DNA of 64,000 bases from Pristiophorus japonicus (Eukaryota), in NCBI RefSeq assembly GCF_044704955.1, contig NC_091980.1, positions 23,002,001 through 23,066,000 on the forward strand. The letters run 5' to 3'. The notes under the pieces are model-generated. The model searched no databases. It saw only the letters and a program-made list of their open reading frames with translations, and was not told the DNA's origin. Shown one piece after another: positions 61,363 through 64,000 of this stretch (the first letter of the stretch is position 1; each line of letters opens with the position of its first letter). The position numbers were made by a program, and so were the translations under genes.

Positions 61363-62529
61363 TTGCTATTATGGGGAAACCGAGTAGTCATGCCCCAGAT
61401 GGGCAGAGAGGCGTTAATCCAAGAACTCCACAATGAGCACCCGGGCATTGTCATGATGAAGGCAATTGCCAGGTCACATGTTTGGTGGCCAGGGATAGAT
61501 GCAGACCTGGAACTTTGTGTTCGCAGATGCAACACGTGTGCCCAGCTGGGCAATGCGCCCAGGGAAGCCCCCTTTAGCCCCTGGTCTTGGCCCGCCAAGC
61601 CATGGTCACGCATCCATGTGGATTACGCAGATCCTTTCATGGGAAAAATGTTTTTGGTTGTGGTAGACGCCTACTCCAAATGGATCGAGTGTGACATTCT
61701 CAATTCAAGCACCTCCTCTGCCACGGTAGAAAGTCTACGGACAATGTTCGCCGCCCATGGTCTACCGGACGTCTTGGTCAGTGACAATGGTCTGTGCTTT
61801 ACAAGCATTGAATTCCAGGACTTCATGGCAAGTAATGGTATCAACCATGTCAGAATGGCACCGTTCAAGCCGGCCTCAAACGGCCAGGCGGAACGAGCAG
61901 TGCAGATAATCAAACAGGGGATGCTCAGAATCCAAGGGGATTCCCTGCAAAGCCGTTTATCATGCCTCCTGTTGGCCAATAGATCCAGACCACACTCGCT
62001 CACAGGGGTTCCACCCGCAGAGCTACTAATGAAAAGGACGCTCAAAACCAGGTTATCCCTTATACACCCCACCATGAAAGAAATTGTTGAGATCAGGCGC
62101 CGGTCACAATGTGACTATCATAACGGGAATGCGAGGGCGCGATGTATTGATGTCAATGACCCTGTCTTTGTCCTCAACTACGCTGCAGGGCCCAAATGGC
62201 TCACAGGCACTGTGATTGCCAAAGAGGGGAATAGGATTCTGGTAGTGAAACTTACCTATGGACAAATCAGCCGCAAACACGTGGATCAAACAAAAAGGAG
62301 GTTCAGCAACCCCATAGATGAAGCAGAGGAAGAACACGATGTAGAGTTCACTCCACCACAGGTGACCAAACACCGGAACCAAGTGGAGGAGAGCCCAGTC
62401 ACTGTGGGCAGTCCGGACAGGCCTGAGGTACCGCAAACAGCAGACACTCAGGCCAGCGCCCAACAACCGGAGCCCCAACTCAGGCGCTCTACAAGAGAGC
62501 GTAAACCACCAGAGAGACTTAACCTGTGA
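61363..62529 (+). CDS. Gypsy integrase, open reading frame uninterrupted (388 aa)
   Basis: HHCC (HNEH...CNTC) and DDE (VDYAD, SDNG, AERAV) motifs are all in one frame. Confidence 0.85.
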   Translation: MLLWGNRVVMPQMGREALIQELHNEHPGIVMMKAIARSHVWWPGIDADLELCVRRCNTCAQLGNAPREAPFSPWSWPAKPWSRIHVDYADPFMGKMFLVVVDAYSKWIECDILNSSTSSATVESLRTMFAAHGLPDVLVSDNGLCFTSIEFQDFMASNGINHVRMAPFKPASNGQAERAVQIIKQGMLRIQGDSLQSRLSCLLLANRSRPHSLTGVPPAELLMKRTLKTRLSLIHPTMKEIVEIRRRSQCDYHNGNARARCIDVNDPVFVLNYAAGPKWLTGTVIAKEGNRILVVKLTYGQISRKHVDQTKRRFSNPIDEAEEEHDVEFTPPQVTKHRNQVEESPVTVGSPDRPEVPQTADTQASAQQPEPQLRRSTRERKPPERLNL

Positions 62530-62557
62530 TCCCAATAAGACTTTGGGGGGGAGGTGA

Positions 62558-62804
62558 TGTCATGTATTCAACTGTCATTGTAATCCATGTATAAACTGAC
62601 CTAAGTTGTACACCGTGAGAACACTGACCACGAGGTGGTGAACTTGTGGGAGACACTCCTAACCTGGACTTTCAGGTATAAAAGGGAAAGCTCCACCCAT
62701 CTTCTCCACTTCAGTGCTGGCTAATAAAGGTTACTGGTCACATAGTGACCTTCTCTCTCGTATGGGCCTCATGTGCATTCATACTGTATAGTAAGGACAT
62801 ATTA
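62558..62804 (+). repeat. 3' LTR of Gypsy element 3
   Basis: Follows the GGGGGGGAGGTGA PPT; contains TATAAAA and AATAAA; first 72 bp match 59949-60020. Confidence 0.92.
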
Positions 62805-63689
62805 TTCTGGGCCCCAGATTCACGCCTCTCCTGGATCCCGGTCACTTCCCTCTACAGCAACATATCCCTATAGTTATTGGCCAAATTTGAATATGTAAAT
62901 GTTTTTCCTGATGATGATGTGCTGTTGCCATCTACGGCAGAAACTCTAACATAAACAAGTGACTGGGGGAGATAAGTGTACATCAAGTTGAAAGACTCTG
63001 AAGTAATGCTGTTGAAAAGTGAAGGTACAAGCACATAATATATATGAATATGCTATTTTATTGGAGTAATTACTCCATTGTATCTTATTTCAAATTGGTT
63101 CATGTGTCTGTTAAAATATGTGGCAAAGAACTTTGTGTGAAAGTGTTCAGTTTTTCATAGGCTAATGTTCACACAGTATAATTCCAAGGCCCAACAAGTG
63201 AAGCAGCTTTCTAATAATCATCTCAAGGGACATTTATAAATGTGGAATCTTGAAATACTGAAGGTATTGAAAGAACGTGCATTTTAATTGACATAGACCC
63301 AAATAATACATTGTAATCTGACCAGGGCAGTCACATTTCCTTATACAAATGTGATTTTCATTAGTAGAAATCCAGCTAACTAGCACCTTGAATCAGCTTG
63401 GTAGTACCCTTACCTTTGAATCATGAGGGCATGGGTTCGAGCCCCAATCCAGGATTTCAGCACATAATTGATATTGATACAGTGTCATTTTTTGTCTGAA
63501 TGCTAATTAAACAGGATCCATTGTTGTCATTCTCCATTTCAGCCTATCTCAATACGCTATACAGTCAATTAAGTTCTTTTGAAGTGTCGTCACTGTTGTA
63601 ATGCAGAAAAGGCAGCACCCTTTTGTGTGTCCTATAATAAATTAATTTTCCAAAGCTCACAGTTCAATGTAGAAGTATTTTCATGTTCC

Positions 63690-64000
63690 CACGTGCAGGT
63701 GGGGGCCTTAAAAGGAGCGGCGAGAAATGGCCTGGGAGCAGCATGGCAGCATACCACTACAGGGTACAGTGTGAGCCGGTCCAGGAGGTCAATGGCTCTG
63801 AAGAGGGTGACTGGATTGAACGTCACCATAAACCAGGTCGGTGATTGGAGCGTGGGCAGGTACAGCAGGAGCGGCGAGGTCAGGCAAAGGAATGGCGAGA
63901 GATTGCAGAGGGACGTGATCGGGGCCCAGGAGAGGCGTGAGTTCGGGGCCCAGAAGAGGCGAGAGCCCAGGGGCAGCACGAGCCAGCCCACACTGCACTA
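63690..64000 (+). mobile_element. 5' part of an RTE-derived element, copy 3 (at window edge)
   Basis: GGGCCCAGAAGAGG...GCAGCACGAGCCAGCCCACACTGC matches the 5' parts of copies 1 and 2. Confidence 0.7.

Larger units (their letters stand above)
59949..62804 (+). mobile_element. Gypsy (Mag-like) element 3 with two internal deletions
   Basis: 72 bp of 5' LTR (59949-60020), gag remnant, RT end and RNase H, integrase, PPT, 3' LTR at 62558-62804; TSD TTCTG (59944-59948 and 62805-62809). Confidence 0.93.
59626..62856 (-). mobile_element. Bipartite non-autonomous RTE derivative, copy 2 (59626-59948 and 62810-62856), split by Gypsy element 3
   Basis: Same 5'/3' fusion junction as the copy at 38990-39387; (ATG)n tail. 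Confidence 0.8.

Noticed and set aside
62852-63034. 60-aa minus-strand ORF with VRVSAVDG, reminiscent of a cadherin repeat
   Set aside because: No other cadherin motifs (DxNDN, LDRE), no good splice sites and no further exons. It is likely a chance match.

Overview
This is eukaryotic DNA, almost certainly from a cartilaginous fish (shark or ray), and it is dominated by transposable elements. The taxon is inferred from SacSINE1-like DeuSINEs together with abundant CR1, RTE, L2 and Tx1 LINEs. I could not support any host protein-coding exon; every recognisable ORF comes from a transposable element. Contents: two head-to-tail Tx1 LINEs at the left edge, a second Tx1-like family, and three Mag-type Gypsy LTR elements, each with a readable 5-bp target-site duplication (TSD). 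There are also several solo LTRs, many CR1 copies (one near full length with an esterase ORF1), RTE copies, DeuSINEs, hAT/Tigger/Harbinger-like MITEs, and a G-rich minisatellite beside a CpG-rich patch. The most notable structures are: (i) an RTE LINE with twin-priming-type 5' inversion geometry and a 10-bp TSD, inside a four-level nest; (ii) a bipartite non-autonomous RTE derivative whose fusion junction recurs in two copies; (iii) a Tx1 tandem or self-insertion with paired 3'UTR hairpins; (iv) repeated insertions into DeuSINE 3' halves; and (v) a three-copy local duplication. Family names come from motif recognition by eye, not database searches. Boundaries without a TSD are approximate.
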